The notes: generated by a model from the sequence alone, not told the origin. DNA of 64,000 nucleotides from Chitinophagales bacterium (GCA_020635975.1 JACJYT010000003.1:394655-458654); one strand, 5' to 3'; shown: positions 1 to 10,611, counted from the stretch's first letter. Translations and numbers: made by a program.

Positions 1-899
1 AATTCGGCTGGAGCCTTATCCTCAATAAACATTACATGTGGGTCGAACCAAGTACCTCCAATACCAGTGTACATATACAAAGAGAATTTTCTTGCCTTGA
101 TGGGTCTTCCTTGTTGTTGCGATTTAATATATCTGTTTACACCAAAAACGGTATTACTGATGTTCCAATAAATATTCATGGAACTCGCAATAACATTATT
201 CTTAAAATACACGCCTTTGTTTATACCTGCAGCTTCTAAGTAGTTTCTATCCTCTTTGTGAATAACCAAAGAATCAAATGCTCCTTGAACCACGTTGTAG
301 GATGCTTGGAATTGTAAACCAAAAGCAGCATCAAACATTTTCGTAACTCTCAAACCAGCATTCCATTGATTCTCATTAATTGGGTCGATTGCTCCAAAGA
401 AATCCTTGTAACGGATGTCTGTTACCGGGTTGGTTAATCCACCAAAAACACCTAACGACCAAGTTCTGTATGGTTTGGCAAAACTTCCGCTAGAAGAGCT
501 TCTAGTCGGGCTTGCAGCTTTCTCTTCTTCTACTACAGGGAGTTCTTTTGCTGTTTCTTCTTGCTCTACTTCAACAGCAAGAGGCTCTTTAGAATCTTTT
601 TGTTTTTTATTTTTACTTGCATCTTCCTGAAGATTATCGCTAGCGTCGGCAGGAAGCACTTCTTTCACTTCTTCTAGCACTACTTCCGCTTCTTCAGTCT
701 TTTCTGCAACTTGCTCCGCGCTTTTATCTACTTTAGATTTTTCCGTTTTTTCAACTTTTTCTTTTTTGCTTTTGGTCTTATCTTCTTGCGTTGAACCATT
801 CAACATTTGTTCAATTTCTGCTTGAGTTTGGGCATAAGAATTCAAATTGAAAAGGCACAAACTAAGAATAATTATAAGGGAAGTATAGGTAAGTTTCAT
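1..899 (-). CDS. outer-membrane beta-barrel protein, probably OmpA-family (N-terminal part; 3' end lies outside the window)
   Basis: Own translation of the minus strand from the ATG at 899-897 gives MKLTYTSLIIILSLCLFNLNSYAQ (signal peptide). A Lys/Glu-rich linker follows, then beta-strand-like sequence (YRTWSLGVFGGLTNP, GLQFQASYN). The frame stays open to position 1. It is absent from the ORF track because there is no stop codon in the window. Confidence 0.45.
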   Translation of the reverse strand, partial: MKLTYTSLIIILSLCLFNLNSYAQTQAEIEQMLNGSTQEDKTKSKKEKVEKTEKSKVDKSAEQVAEKTEEAEVVLEEVKEVLPADASDNLQEDASKNKKQKDSKEPLAVEVEQEETAKELPVVEEEKAASPTRSSSSGSFAKPYRTWSLGVFGGLTNPVTDIRYKDFFGAIDPINENQWNAGLRVTKMFDAAFGLQFQASYNVVQGAFDSLVIHKEDRNYLEAAGINKGVYFKNNVIASSMNIYWNISNTVFGVNRYIKSQQQGRPIKARKFSLYMYTGIGGTWFDPHVMFIEDKAPAE

Positions 900-949
900 C
901 TTGGTGTTTTTATAGTCGCGTTCAAAATTAATGAAAATGTTCTGAATAC

Positions 950-1573
950 TTACAGATAGTTAATTTTTTTGTCGTATTCTGCGCTAAAAATATCAATTAT
1001 TTTCTCAAAATCTTCTTCTTTTTTCACAAAATCTAAATTAGAACTATCGAGTATAATTACCTTAGATTTAGTTTGTTGTTTAAAAAAATCGAGATAAGTC
1101 TGATTCAAAGCCTGTAAATAGTCTGATTTTATATCTTGTTCATAGTCGCGGCCTCTTTTTTTTATGTTTTCTAAAAGTAGGTCGTTTGGTTTGTGTAAAT
1201 ACAAAATGATATCGGGTGCTTTGATGTTGGGGTAGATGATATGAAAAAGCATCTTGTATAATTGCAGTTCATCTCCTTTTAAGGTAATATTGGCAAATAC
1301 CAAAGATTTGAAGAAGGCGTAATCGCTTATTATTTTAGATTCGAATAAGTTGATTTTATCTAAGAGCTTGCTTTGTTGCTGATAGCGCTCCGCCATAAAG
1401 TACAATTCTAGAGGAAAGGCATTTTTATCTGGATCTGCGTAAAAATTCTTCAGGTAAGGATTGTCTTCAAAATTTTCAAAGACTGGATTACAAGCAAAAT
1501 GCTTTGCCAACATTTTGGTTAAAGTGGTTTTACCTGCTCCTATGCAGCCTTCTATGGTGATGAAATTATACAA
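950..1573 (-). CDS. deoxynucleoside kinase
   Basis: N-terminal P-loop ITIEGCIGAGKTTL, ~207 aa. An 8-nt overlap with the upstream folK suggests an operon. Confidence 0.8.
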   Translation of the reverse strand: MYNFITIEGCIGAGKTTLTKMLAKHFACNPVFENFEDNPYLKNFYADPDKNAFPLELYFMAERYQQQSKLLDKINLFESKIISDYAFFKSLVFANITLKGDELQLYKMLFHIIYPNIKAPDIILYLHKPNDLLLENIKKRGRDYEQDIKSDYLQALNQTYLDFFKQQTKSKVIILDSSNLDFVKKEEDFEKIIDIFSAEYDKKINYL

Positions 1574-2057
1574 GTGATGAATTATAAATTTGAACCTTGA
1601 GCTTGTCGGGGCAAATATCTAATAATTCTGACACTTTTTTTTGAAGAATAGGGTGTACATAATCTGGAATCAATTCATTGAGTGCAACTAGAGTAAAACG
1701 CCGATTGGGGATTTCTGGATGTGGGATGCTTAAGTTCGTATCTTTCAAAATTAAGTTTTCATAGAATAAAATATCTATATCTAAACTTCGATCTTCCCAT
1801 TTAACTCTTCGTTTTCTACCAGCTTTTAGTTCAATGGCTAAGCAAGCTTGTAGTAATTCTTGTGGATTTAATTGGGTGCGAACTAAAAGTACTTGATTCA
1901 AAAATGCCTTTGTACTTATTTCGCCCCAAGCCTCTGTTTCATATATTTTGCTCTCTTGCACTATGGTCGCGAGATCTCTTTGAATAAAAAATCGTGCAAA
2001 ATCTAAATAGGCTTTTCGGTTTCCTACATTTCCACCTAATAATAAACATGCCTGCAT
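1566..2057 (-). CDS. folK: 2-amino-4-hydroxy-6-hydroxymethyldihydropteridine pyrophosphokinase (HPPK)
   Basis: 163 aa. Motifs LLLGGNVGNR, LDIDILFY and IPHPEIPNRRF are typical of HPPK. Confidence 0.85.
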   Translation of the reverse strand: MQACLLLGGNVGNRKAYLDFARFFIQRDLATIVQESKIYETEAWGEISTKAFLNQVLLVRTQLNPQELLQACLAIELKAGRKRRVKWEDRSLDIDILFYENLILKDTNLSIPHPEIPNRRFTLVALNELIPDYVHPILQKKVSELLDICPDKLKVQIYNSSLV

Positions 2058-2074
2058 TTTAGTAAATATATTCT

Positions 2075-2082
2075 TACTTTTG
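2075..2082 (+). promoter_or_regulatory. Bacteroidetes-type -7 promoter box (TACTTTTG) upstream of sppA
   Basis: Exact match to TAnnTTTG, 23 nt before the sppA ATG. Confidence 0.4.
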
Positions 2083-2105
2083 TTCTAAATTGTAAACATA
2101 AGATT

Positions 2106-3890
2106 ATGAATTTTTTTAAGCAAGTTTTGGCAACAATTGTTGGACTAACCATATTCCAAATCATAAGTCTCATTTTATTTTTCATTTTCATCGGGGCCTT
2201 GGTAGCTTCGGTTAAAACCATGGGGGATGGCTTGGCTTCAGAAAATGTATCGGTGGAAGACAATTCAATTTTGGTTTTGGATTTAGCCTATGATATACTT
2301 GAAAGAGATGCTTTTTCTTCTTTTGATTTTACGGATATAAATAGTTTTCCAAAGGAAAAACCAGGTCTTCAAAGCATAGTGAATGCCATAGAATACGCGA
2401 AAACGGACGATAGGATAAAAGGTATCTATTTAAAAAGTTCGGTAATGCCTAATGGCTATGCCACCATAGAATTGCTAAGAGCTAGTTTAAAGGATTTTCA
2501 GTCTTCAGGAAAATTTGTGCTTGCTTATGGAGAAATGCTCGATCAAAAGTCTTTTTATTTAGCCAGCGCAGCAAGTGAGCTCTATGTAAATCCAGAGGGG
2601 TATATAGAACTTCGAGGTATCGGTGCGCAATTAACTTTCTTTAAAAAATTAATAGAGGAGAAGTTAGAGGCGGAAGTTCAAGTATTTAAGGTTGGTGATT
2701 ATAAAAGTGCTGTTGAGCCCTTCATCCTAGATAAAATGAGCGATGCAAATAGAGAACAACTGAGTTATTTGCTAGGTGGAATTAAAGAAGATTTTGTAAA
2801 TAATATTGCCACAGAAAGAGGGCTTAGTCCGGAGGACTTTAATACCATTTTAAATAATTTAAGCGCTCTACGACCAGATAGTTGTGCGTATTTTGGCTTG
2901 ATTACAGGAACTAGTTATTACGATGAAGTTTTGAGTAATTTAAAAGAAAAACTGGCACTTGCAGAAAAAGAAGATTTAAATACGATTGATGTTGGTGACT
3001 ATGCCTTAGCGACAGCCAAGACATCAAATTCGGAAAATAGAATAGCTGTTGTATACGCAGAAGGAGATATAGTGGATGGGAAAGGAGACGAATCGAATAT
3101 TGGTGGAGAAAGTTTCTCTAAGCAAATTAGAGCCTTGCGCTTGGACGATGATATCGATGCAATTGTATTAAGAATTAATTCTCCAGGAGGAAGTGCATTA
3201 GCCTCTGAAGTGATGTGGAGAGAGCTAGAATTGGCAAAGCAAGTTAAGCCAGTAGTAGTTTCTATGGGAGATCTTGCTGCTTCTGGAGGTTATTACATTG
3301 CTTGTAATGCCAATCGCATTTTTGCCGAGGAAAATACCATTACCGGTTCCATTGGAGTTTTTGGTTTGATTCCTAATCTGGAGAAATTTTTAAACAACAA
3401 GATTGGTGTGAGCTTTGATGAAGTTTTGTTAAACGATCATGCTACATCTACTGGAATTACTAAAAAATTGGACAGTTTCGAGGCAAAGGTTATTCAAAGT
3501 AGTGTAGATGATATTTATGCTACTTTCACATCTAGGGTTGCCGAAGGAAGAGGCATGCCTTTAGAAAGTGTTTTGGAAGTGGCTAGTGGAAGAGTTTGGA
3601 CTGGACAGCAGGCCTTAGAGAGAAACTTAGTGGATGAAATTGGAAGCTTGGATGATGCTATCGCCTATGCCGCTATTTTAGCAGAATTGGATGATTATAG
3701 ATTGATGGAATACCCAGAAATCAAATCGCCATTAGAAGAAATTTTGGGCGATTTGGGTATGCAAGCCAAAGAGAGCAAATTGAAAGCTGAATTGGGCGTA
3801 CTTTATCCTTACTTTGAACAAGTGAAATCGCTGGAAGAAATGAAGGGGAAGGTGCAAGCAAAACTGCCTTATATCTTAGAACTTTACTAA
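2106..3890 (+). CDS. sppA: signal peptide peptidase SppA, 67K type
   Basis: 594 aa with an N-terminal TM segment and two ClpP/S49-like halves (RINSPGGSALASE, DLAASGGYYIA). Confidence 0.85.
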   Translation: MNFFKQVLATIVGLTIFQIISLILFFIFIGALVASVKTMGDGLASENVSVEDNSILVLDLAYDILERDAFSSFDFTDINSFPKEKPGLQSIVNAIEYAKTDDRIKGIYLKSSVMPNGYATIELLRASLKDFQSSGKFVLAYGEMLDQKSFYLASAASELYVNPEGYIELRGIGAQLTFFKKLIEEKLEAEVQVFKVGDYKSAVEPFILDKMSDANREQLSYLLGGIKEDFVNNIATERGLSPEDFNTILNNLSALRPDSCAYFGLITGTSYYDEVLSNLKEKLALAEKEDLNTIDVGDYALATAKTSNSENRIAVVYAEGDIVDGKGDESNIGGESFSKQIRALRLDDDIDAIVLRINSPGGSALASEVMWRELELAKQVKPVVVSMGDLAASGGYYIACNANRIFAEENTITGSIGVFGLIPNLEKFLNNKIGVSFDEVLLNDHATSTGITKKLDSFEAKVIQSSVDDIYATFTSRVAEGRGMPLESVLEVASGRVWTGQQALERNLVDEIGSLDDAIAYAAILAELDDYRLMEYPEIKSPLEEILGDLGMQAKESKLKAELGVLYPYFEQVKSLEEMKGKVQAKLPYILELY

Positions 3891-4002
3891 ACTTTTTTAG
3901 AAGTATTTCTTGAGGAGGATCTCGACTTTTTTAATGCTAAAATACTATTGAAAAAGAATAATTAGTATTATCTTGGAGCTCTAAACCCAAGCCCTTATCG
4001 CA

Positions 4003-4440
4003 ATGTCGAAATATTTTATTTTAGCTACTTTATGTAGTTTAATGAGCTATGTTAATTCTTATGCTCAAGAAGAACTAAAGTCATCATGGATTTTAGACAA
4101 AGTAGAACTTTCTGGTTTTGTTTCCCAAGAACTAAGTTTTACCCAAGAAGAGAGCTTTTTTGCAAACTATTTAGATCCTAGTTTAAGCTTAGATTTAAGT
4201 TCTTCTAAACTTTCCATTGTGGTGGGTGGAGATGAATTAGCCTATACTTACGAAGTGGATGGCGGAACTCTAATTTTTAGTTATCTAAATACGGTTTACA
4301 TTCAATCCAATGCCTTGCTCGAAACAAAGCAAACCAAAGGAAATACCGCCTTTCAATTCCATTTAGATGCAGGTAAGTTAATTCTTCATAGAAAGAACGA
4401 GACCTTCATAGAGAGATATACCTTTAGCTTAGCCAATTAA
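4003..4440 (+). CDS. secreted hypothetical protein (lipocalin-like size)
   Basis: Signal peptide MSKYFILATLCSLMSYVNSYAQ. No recognisable catalytic motif. Confidence 0.5.
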   Translation: MSKYFILATLCSLMSYVNSYAQEELKSSWILDKVELSGFVSQELSFTQEESFFANYLDPSLSLDLSSSKLSIVVGGDELAYTYEVDGGTLIFSYLNTVYIQSNALLETKQTKGNTAFQFHLDAGKLILHRKNETFIERYTFSLAN

Positions 4441-4461
4441 TGATCATCTAATTTTATTCTT

Positions 4462-7400
4462 ATGAAAAAATTATACTCACTATTCTTGTGTGCAATTTTC
4501 ACCAATTTAATTTTTGGCCAATTGGTTAATTATGAGGTAGAAATTATTGCAGTAGAACGAACGAATTATTCAGATTGTGGTGGTTGTGGTGCACCGGATC
4601 CAACCTGGATAATCGATTTGGATGATAATGCTAGTACCACCATAGATAATGTAGGAATTCACGTACCTGCAAACGGTACGGTTTATACACCAGTTAATTA
4701 CTCTTTGAGCAATAGAGTGAATAGCTCCGCTACCAATTTTGTTTTAGCCTTAGATGCTTGGGAGGATAATTGTAATAACGATGTATTTAATTTTAATACC
4801 TATAATTTCTTTACCTGTTTTCCTAGTGTTTTTGGAGATAGTAGAAGATGCCAAAGCTCCAATGTAGCTTCGGTAAACTTCAGAACTTTTGCCCCTTGTG
4901 TTTGGCATAATGGCACCGCTAATTTTTGTGGAGATTATAGATTTACTTATCGTTTTAGATGGTCCTTTAATCAAGCTCCTGTAATAGCTACACAACCTAG
5001 TCCAGCAAACAATAATTTATGTCTTGGACAAACGGTTAATTTTAGTGTTGCTCCAGCTTTAGACCCTAATGGTTGGCCTCTTGGTACCAACTATCAATGG
5101 CAAGTTTCTACGATTACCGATTGCGCCTCTGCTACAGCAGCTTCTTGGACAAATGTTGGTGGGGCTACGAATGCCAATTTCACCCCTCCTCAAACTCCAG
5201 GAACACGCTTGTATCGAGTATTAGTTACCTCTAATTGTACTTCAAATTTTAGTAGTAATACCACTGCTTCAAACTGCGTTCGAGTGACTTATAATCCTTA
5301 TGGCGTTCCTGGCGATTTAGCTCCTGCTATTCAATCGGGAATATGTGGTTCTGTTGTGCTTCCTGGTTCTACTCATAATCTTTCTACTTTACTGCCTCCA
5401 GCGGTAGGTGCCGCAAATGGGGTTTCCTATGTTTGGAGTACCACGGGAGGAAGTTTTTCACAAACCACAGGAACATCCACTGTGTGGACAGCCCCAACAA
5501 CTGCAGGAAATTACATCTTAACTCTAACTTATGTTGATGCTTGTTCTAATGCTGATGCCTTCACCACTTGCGTGGTGGACGTGGGAAGTCCGAATTGCGA
5601 TTTCGCTTATGTGGCTACTACTGGAACCGATGATGTTTTTGCAGGTGGACCAGATAATCCTTACAGAACTTTAGCTTATGCAATATCTCAACTTGCGGGT
5701 AGAAAGTACATCAGAATGGCAGGGGGAACCTACAATGAAAGTAGTGTAATTCAATTACAAAATGATTTGGTAATAGAAGGTGGCTATCAGTTCAGTGCAG
5801 GTATTTGGACAAAAACTAGTGTACAGCAAACCAATTTGGTCTTATCGGGCTTTCAAAATAGTACGGTTACCGGAAATGCAAGTGCAGAACACAGGGTGGG
5901 TATCTATGGAAATAATGACGATCGATTTACCCTTCAGGATTTGAACATTAGCACAACAGCGATAACGGGAACTACATCTAATAACAGAGGAAGATCGAAT
6001 TATGCCATTTTGCTAATTAATGGTTGTGAGAACTATAATATAGTTCGTTGTACTATAGTTTCTGGAAATGCGTCTAGAGGTGCAAACGGAACTACTCCAG
6101 GTACTGCTGGTGGTCCTTCTGGAGGCTCTGGAGCTGGTCAAGGTGGGGTAGGCGCAAATGGATCTGGAAACCCAGGTGGTGGTTCTAGTGGTTCTGGTGG
6201 ACAAACAGCTGCTTATAATGCCTCTATTCATCCTTCTTATGTTTTTCCTGCTGGAGCTAATGGTTCTGGTGGTGCAGGTGGAGCTGGAACGGATAATTGT
6301 CCTGGTGGACCAGGTTGTGGATTCTTTGGACCAAGCGATAGCGGTTGTGATGGTGCCGCAGGAAGTAATGGGAATCCTGGAGCCAATGGTAGAAGCTGGC
6401 AAGCTAATGATCGTCCAGTTGTGGCTATAGCAAACTCTCCTTATTATATTCCAGGAGCGCAGGCAGGTAGTGGACAAGACGGCGGTGGCGGTGGACAAGC
6501 AGCCGGAGGTAACGGCTCTAGAGGTGGGCAATCATCACCTCTCTGTATAGATTGTGATGGTAGAACTGGGGGAATAGGAGGAAATGGTGGACAAGCAGGT
6601 CGAGGGGGAAGTGGAGGCTATGGTTCTGGAGGTTCTTTTGGAATTTATACGAATAACTCCTCTCTTGGTGCGAACATCACCAATGTAAATATTAATGTAC
6701 CTGCAGCAGTAGCGCAAGGCGGTACTGGTGCCAATGGTAGTAGTGGTGTAAACGGAAGTGGCGGATCAAGTGGTTCTTGTAATGGCTGTGTACTACCTGG
6801 AACAAGATGTTCTGGTAGCGGCGGGACAGGAGCAAGAGGAGGAGACGGCGGAAGAGGACGTGATGGCTCGAACGGAGAAAACGCACATTTAGTGGTAGAT
6901 GGGGTAAGTTCAAACCCAAGTACCTCTATACCGAGCTTCCCAATAGTTTCTATAGAATACAATAATGCAAAAGCTTGTATTTATAGTGAAATTAATCTCA
7001 CTAAAGATGGCCCTAACTCTTGGAATATTAACTTACCATTTGTAAAAGATCTAAGTGATAGTCCAGCACCGCTTGTTACCTCTTCATTTTCAAATGGTTC
7101 TCCAGAGGTACAAGTATTTAGTACTACACCTGGTCAAATTGTTAACCTACAAGTAGGTGGCTCAACTTATAATGGCTATTTGAGAATAGCAGATGATGTA
7201 AGAGCTCTTCCTGTTCTTACTGTTTCTCCTTCGAATACAGCATGTATTGGAACAACAGTAGATTTAAGTGCTAGCTCATGGGGAACAGAAGTAGAATATG
7301 ATTGGAGAATTTATCAAGGAACAGATGTAGACAATCCATCTCTAAGTCCTTCTACTTTAGCCGCGCCTAGTTTTAATTTAACTGGTTTAAGTCCAGGTCT

Positions 7401-10335
7401 TTATACCGTTCGTTACCGAGTTAGAGAAATATGCTGTGGTTGGTCCATTCCAGTGTACGATACCATAAAAATTGTAGATAAACCAATAGTATATCAAGTT
7501 CAAGGCGGAGGCGGCTATTGTACCGGATCCTTAGGCGCAACTGTAAGCTTAAGTGGTTCTCAAAATGGGGTAGTTTACGAACTTTTATTGAATGGTGCTC
7601 CAGTTGATACCGTAATTGGTAATGGTGCTCCTTTTGATTTTGACCCACAACTTACTCCAGGAAACTATACGGTTTTAGCATCTAGTCTACTTGCTTGTGA
7701 ACGCCTAATGCAAGGGAGCGTGAATATATTTGTTTATCCTCAACCTAACGATCAAGATGTATTAGGAGATCCCTATATCTGTAATGCTGGCGCTAATACG
7801 ACTACGCTTATTAGTTTAGATGATAGCGAAATAGGAGTGAACTACCAATTAATTTTAAATGATACGGTTCCTTTAGGCGTACCAATTTCTGGAACTGGTT
7901 TTGGAGTTTCTTTCGGCGCTCAGCAACAAGCTGGTCAATATACCGTATTGGCAACGAACAATGCTAGTTCTTGTACTCGATACTTGAGCGATACCTTGAA
8001 TATCTTATTGTTGAATGGTCCAGCTCCTTTTAATGCTCTTGGTGGTGGAAGTTTTTGTGCAGGTACCGCAGGTGTGGAAATAGAACTTTCTTCATCAGCT
8101 GCCAATGTGGCTTATCAATTGTTTTGGAATTATACGGTACCTATTGGACAAGCCATTCTAGGAACGGGCTCTAGTTTAAGTTTTGGTAGCCATAGTTTAG
8201 AAGGAGAATATACTATCATTGCAACAGACGATTTAGGCTGTGAAAGTACCATGCAAGACACTCTTAACGTTAATGAGTTAAATCCGCCAACTTTCCAAAC
8301 CGTTATTGTAGATGCTTTAGATTGTTTTGGAGATTCAAGCGCCTCTATTACCGTTACCGCAACGAGTTATAACGGTAATCTTTCCTATATATTAAATGCA
8401 GATACCAATACCACTGGAGTCTTTAATAATTTAGCTGCGGGTAATTATTTATTGTCTATAGAAGATGATAGTTTATGCTCCAATATTTATCCTGTTACAC
8501 CAATTGCTATAGCAGAACCTGCACCATTAGTAATTGGTTTAGAAGCAATTAACGATGTACTTTGCTTTGGTCAAAACCAAGGGGGAATTGGAGTCAATGT
8601 TAATGGTGGCACACCATTGTATAGTTATTCTTGGACAAGCTCTAATCTTGCTTTTAGCTCTTCGAATGAAGATATTTCAAATCTAGCTGGTGGCGATTAT
8701 TATTTAAGTGTAAGTGATCAGAAGGGCTGTAGTGCAGCTGATACTTTTACGGTAAATGCGCCTACAGCGGCTTTAAGCGGCGTAATTACTACGGTAGATT
8801 TACTTTGTAATGGAAGTAATTCTGGCGAAGCAAGTATTACGGCTTCGGGTGGAACAGCTCCTTATACTTATTTATGGCATACGAATGATACTGCCCAAAC
8901 AATTGTTGGCTTATCGCCAGGCAATGTGAGCGTAACGATTAAAGATGCTAATAACTGTAGTACTTATGTGTCTAGTGCCGTAGCTGGACCAAGCACTCCT
9001 ATAAGCATTACCCTAATTAGAAAAAGCAATGTTAGCTGCTTTGGAGGAAACAATGGCGAAATTTTAATAAGTGTTAGCGGTGGTACAGCACCTTACGATA
9101 TTTTATGGTCGCCGAATGGAGCTAGTACTACCAGTTTAGATAGTTTGGAAGCTGGAATTTATACCGTAACGGTAAGCGATGCTAATTTATGTACCGCTGT
9201 AGCTAGCTATACCATTACAGAAGCTCCAGAAATTCAAACTAGCATAGCACCTACGCAACCTGGTTGCCCAGGAGAGGAAACAGGCTTAGCGGCAATTGGA
9301 GTAAATGGAGGAACAGCTCCATACTCTTATGTTTGGAACACTACACCAGCGCAATTTGGTATTGTAGCAACACAACTTTCTGGAGATAGATGGTATACGG
9401 TAAGCGTTACCGATTTTAATTTATGTGTTAAGGTAGATTCTGTTTTTATCCAAAATCCAGACACCATGATTGTTAATGTTTTACCTGGAAATACGAGTTG
9501 TATAAGCGGTAATGACGGTTATGCTTATATAGAAGTAGTGGGTGGAACGGCTCCATTTAGCTACGAATTGAATGGAAATTATCAAACCGATAGTGCCTAT
9601 ACTGGTTTAACTCCAGGTAGCTATTATATTTTTGTTGAAGACAATAAAGGCTGCGTGGCAAGTTCTCAGTTTTCTATAACACCCACTACCTCTTTAGATG
9701 CTACCTTGTACGCTTCTAGTTTAACTGATTTTAATCAAGTAGATGAAATTTTGGTAGTGAGTGGAGAGCCAATTGATTTGAGAGTAGACCTCGCAAATAC
9801 CAACTCAACAACAGAGGTAATTGCTTATAATTGGTCGCCTTTGGCAAACCTCGACATTACGAATTGCCTAATTGATTCTCTATGCGATAATCCAAGTGCA
9901 AATCCAACGAGTTCGATGCAAGTGGTAGTGGAAGTTATTGAATTGGTTAATGGTGTTGGTTGCTCTACTTTCGATACCATTAATATTGAGGTGAGAACCG
10001 ATTATCCTGTATTTTTCCCTACTGCTTTTTCTCCATTTAGTGACGAATTTAAAACGGATTGTTTGAACGACTATTTTGAAATGAATCTTGCTGGTGCTGA
10101 AAATTTAGATGTTAAAATATTCAATAGATGGGGAGAGTTAGTGTTTTCAAACCCTAATCAAACTAATGGTCCGAGCGATCCTAACAACTTAGATTGTAGT
10201 AATCCAAGAAATGCCTGGGATGGTACATTTAATGGAGAACCAGTTCCGATGGGAGCCTATGTTTATCAGGTGATTGCTACCTACTTTGATGGTAGAGTGG
10301 AAAGCTTTAGTGGAACTGTAACTGTACTTCGTTAA
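4462..10335 (+). CDS. giant cell-surface adhesin-like protein with a T9SS type B (gliding-motility CHU_C-type) C-terminal sorting domain
   Basis: 1957 aa with a signal peptide. A beta-helix-like segment is followed by a ~280-aa Gly-rich low-complexity block. There are four Ig-like C-x-G modules (GGGGYCTGSLGATVSLSGSQNGVVYELLLNG and similar). There are six SprB-type repeats (CFGQNQGGIGVNVNGGTPLYSYSW, CNGSNSGEASITASGGTAPYTYLW and similar). The C-terminus reads FFPTAFSPFSDEF...NRWGELVF...AWDGTFNGEPVPMGAYVYQV. Confidence 0.85.
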   Translation: MKKLYSLFLCAIFTNLIFGQLVNYEVEIIAVERTNYSDCGGCGAPDPTWIIDLDDNASTTIDNVGIHVPANGTVYTPVNYSLSNRVNSSATNFVLALDAWEDNCNNDVFNFNTYNFFTCFPSVFGDSRRCQSSNVASVNFRTFAPCVWHNGTANFCGDYRFTYRFRWSFNQAPVIATQPSPANNNLCLGQTVNFSVAPALDPNGWPLGTNYQWQVSTITDCASATAASWTNVGGATNANFTPPQTPGTRLYRVLVTSNCTSNFSSNTTASNCVRVTYNPYGVPGDLAPAIQSGICGSVVLPGSTHNLSTLLPPAVGAANGVSYVWSTTGGSFSQTTGTSTVWTAPTTAGNYILTLTYVDACSNADAFTTCVVDVGSPNCDFAYVATTGTDDVFAGGPDNPYRTLAYAISQLAGRKYIRMAGGTYNESSVIQLQNDLVIEGGYQFSAGIWTKTSVQQTNLVLSGFQNSTVTGNASAEHRVGIYGNNDDRFTLQDLNISTTAITGTTSNNRGRSNYAILLINGCENYNIVRCTIVSGNASRGANGTTPGTAGGPSGGSGAGQGGVGANGSGNPGGGSSGSGGQTAAYNASIHPSYVFPAGANGSGGAGGAGTDNCPGGPGCGFFGPSDSGCDGAAGSNGNPGANGRSWQANDRPVVAIANSPYYIPGAQAGSGQDGGGGGQAAGGNGSRGGQSSPLCIDCDGRTGGIGGNGGQAGRGGSGGYGSGGSFGIYTNNSSLGANITNVNINVPAAVAQGGTGANGSSGVNGSGGSSGSCNGCVLPGTRCSGSGGTGARGGDGGRGRDGSNGENAHLVVDGVSSNPSTSIPSFPIVSIEYNNAKACIYSEINLTKDGPNSWNINLPFVKDLSDSPAPLVTSSFSNGSPEVQVFSTTPGQIVNLQVGGSTYNGYLRIADDVRALPVLTVSPSNTACIGTTVDLSASSWGTEVEYDWRIYQGTDVDNPSLSPSTLAAPSFNLTGLSPGLYTVRYRVREICCGWSIPVYDTIKIVDKPIVYQVQGGGGYCTGSLGATVSLSGSQNGVVYELLLNGAPVDTVIGNGAPFDFDPQLTPGNYTVLASSLLACERLMQGSVNIFVYPQPNDQDVLGDPYICNAGANTTTLISLDDSEIGVNYQLILNDTVPLGVPISGTGFGVSFGAQQQAGQYTVLATNNASSCTRYLSDTLNILLLNGPAPFNALGGGSFCAGTAGVEIELSSSAANVAYQLFWNYTVPIGQAILGTGSSLSFGSHSLEGEYTIIATDDLGCESTMQDTLNVNELNPPTFQTVIVDALDCFGDSSASITVTATSYNGNLSYILNADTNTTGVFNNLAAGNYLLSIEDDSLCSNIYPVTPIAIAEPAPLVIGLEAINDVLCFGQNQGGIGVNVNGGTPLYSYSWTSSNLAFSSSNEDISNLAGGDYYLSVSDQKGCSAADTFTVNAPTAALSGVITTVDLLCNGSNSGEASITASGGTAPYTYLWHTNDTAQTIVGLSPGNVSVTIKDANNCSTYVSSAVAGPSTPISITLIRKSNVSCFGGNNGEILISVSGGTAPYDILWSPNGASTTSLDSLEAGIYTVTVSDANLCTAVASYTITEAPEIQTSIAPTQPGCPGEETGLAAIGVNGGTAPYSYVWNTTPAQFGIVATQLSGDRWYTVSVTDFNLCVKVDSVFIQNPDTMIVNVLPGNTSCISGNDGYAYIEVVGGTAPFSYELNGNYQTDSAYTGLTPGSYYIFVEDNKGCVASSQFSITPTTSLDATLYASSLTDFNQVDEILVVSGEPIDLRVDLANTNSTTEVIAYNWSPLANLDITNCLIDSLCDNPSANPTSSMQVVVEVIELVNGVGCSTFDTINIEVRTDYPVFFPTAFSPFSDEFKTDCLNDYFEMNLAGAENLDVKIFNRWGELVFSNPNQTNGPSDPNNLDCSNPRNAWDGTFNGEPVPMGAYVYQVIATYFDGRVESFSGTVTVLR

Positions 10336-10349
10336 AATAAAGATAGAGA

Positions 10350-10565
10350 ATGAAAGAAAGTCTGACAGATAAAGTAAGTATGTATGCTGCAATGCTTGTT
10401 TCAGGTATACTAAGTTTTTACTTTATGCTTACCGAATCTGGACCTTTTCTTTTTTTGGCCGAATTACAAGCTGACTATCTCTTTGATGGATCTTATTACC
10501 CGAAATATACTTTTGTTGCCATCTTTTTGGCAATAAGCGGCGTATGTATGTTAGTTATTATTTAA
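10350..10565 (+). CDS. small membrane protein (two predicted TM helices)
   Basis: 71-aa ORF starting 15 nt after the adhesin stop and lying before the terminator, so likely co-transcribed. Hydrophobic segments AAMLVSGILSFYFML and FVAIFLAISGVCMLVI. Confidence 0.4.
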   Translation: MKESLTDKVSMYAAMLVSGILSFYFMLTESGPFLFLAELQADYLFDGSYYPKYTFVAIFLAISGVCMLVII

Positions 10566-10611
10566 GCCGCTTTTTAAGAAGGTATTGAAAGATAATTAAG
10601 CTTTTAAAAAC

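Noticed and set aside
36-630. Plus-strand ORFs 36..239 and 415..630.
   Set aside because: They are overlapped by a longer minus-strand ORF, open from 899 to the window edge, that has a good signal peptide and beta-barrel-like sequence. Their own products look non-protein-like.
2036-2263. Minus-strand 75-aa ORF spanning the folK/sppA intergenic region.
   Set aside because: It overlaps the starts of two well-supported genes and the sppA promoter box. Its product has no recognisable features.
6013-6962. Four overlapping minus-strand ORFs (6013..6531, 6535..6717, 6645..6962, 6692..6919) and a plus-strand alternative-frame ORF (6158..6430).
   Set aside because: All lie inside the Gly-rich, GGN-codon-rich part of the 1957-aa adhesin gene. 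Their products are low-complexity Ser/Thr/Arg/Pro strings, which is typical of antisense reading of Gly codons. The composition lowers stop-codon frequency, so these are artefacts.
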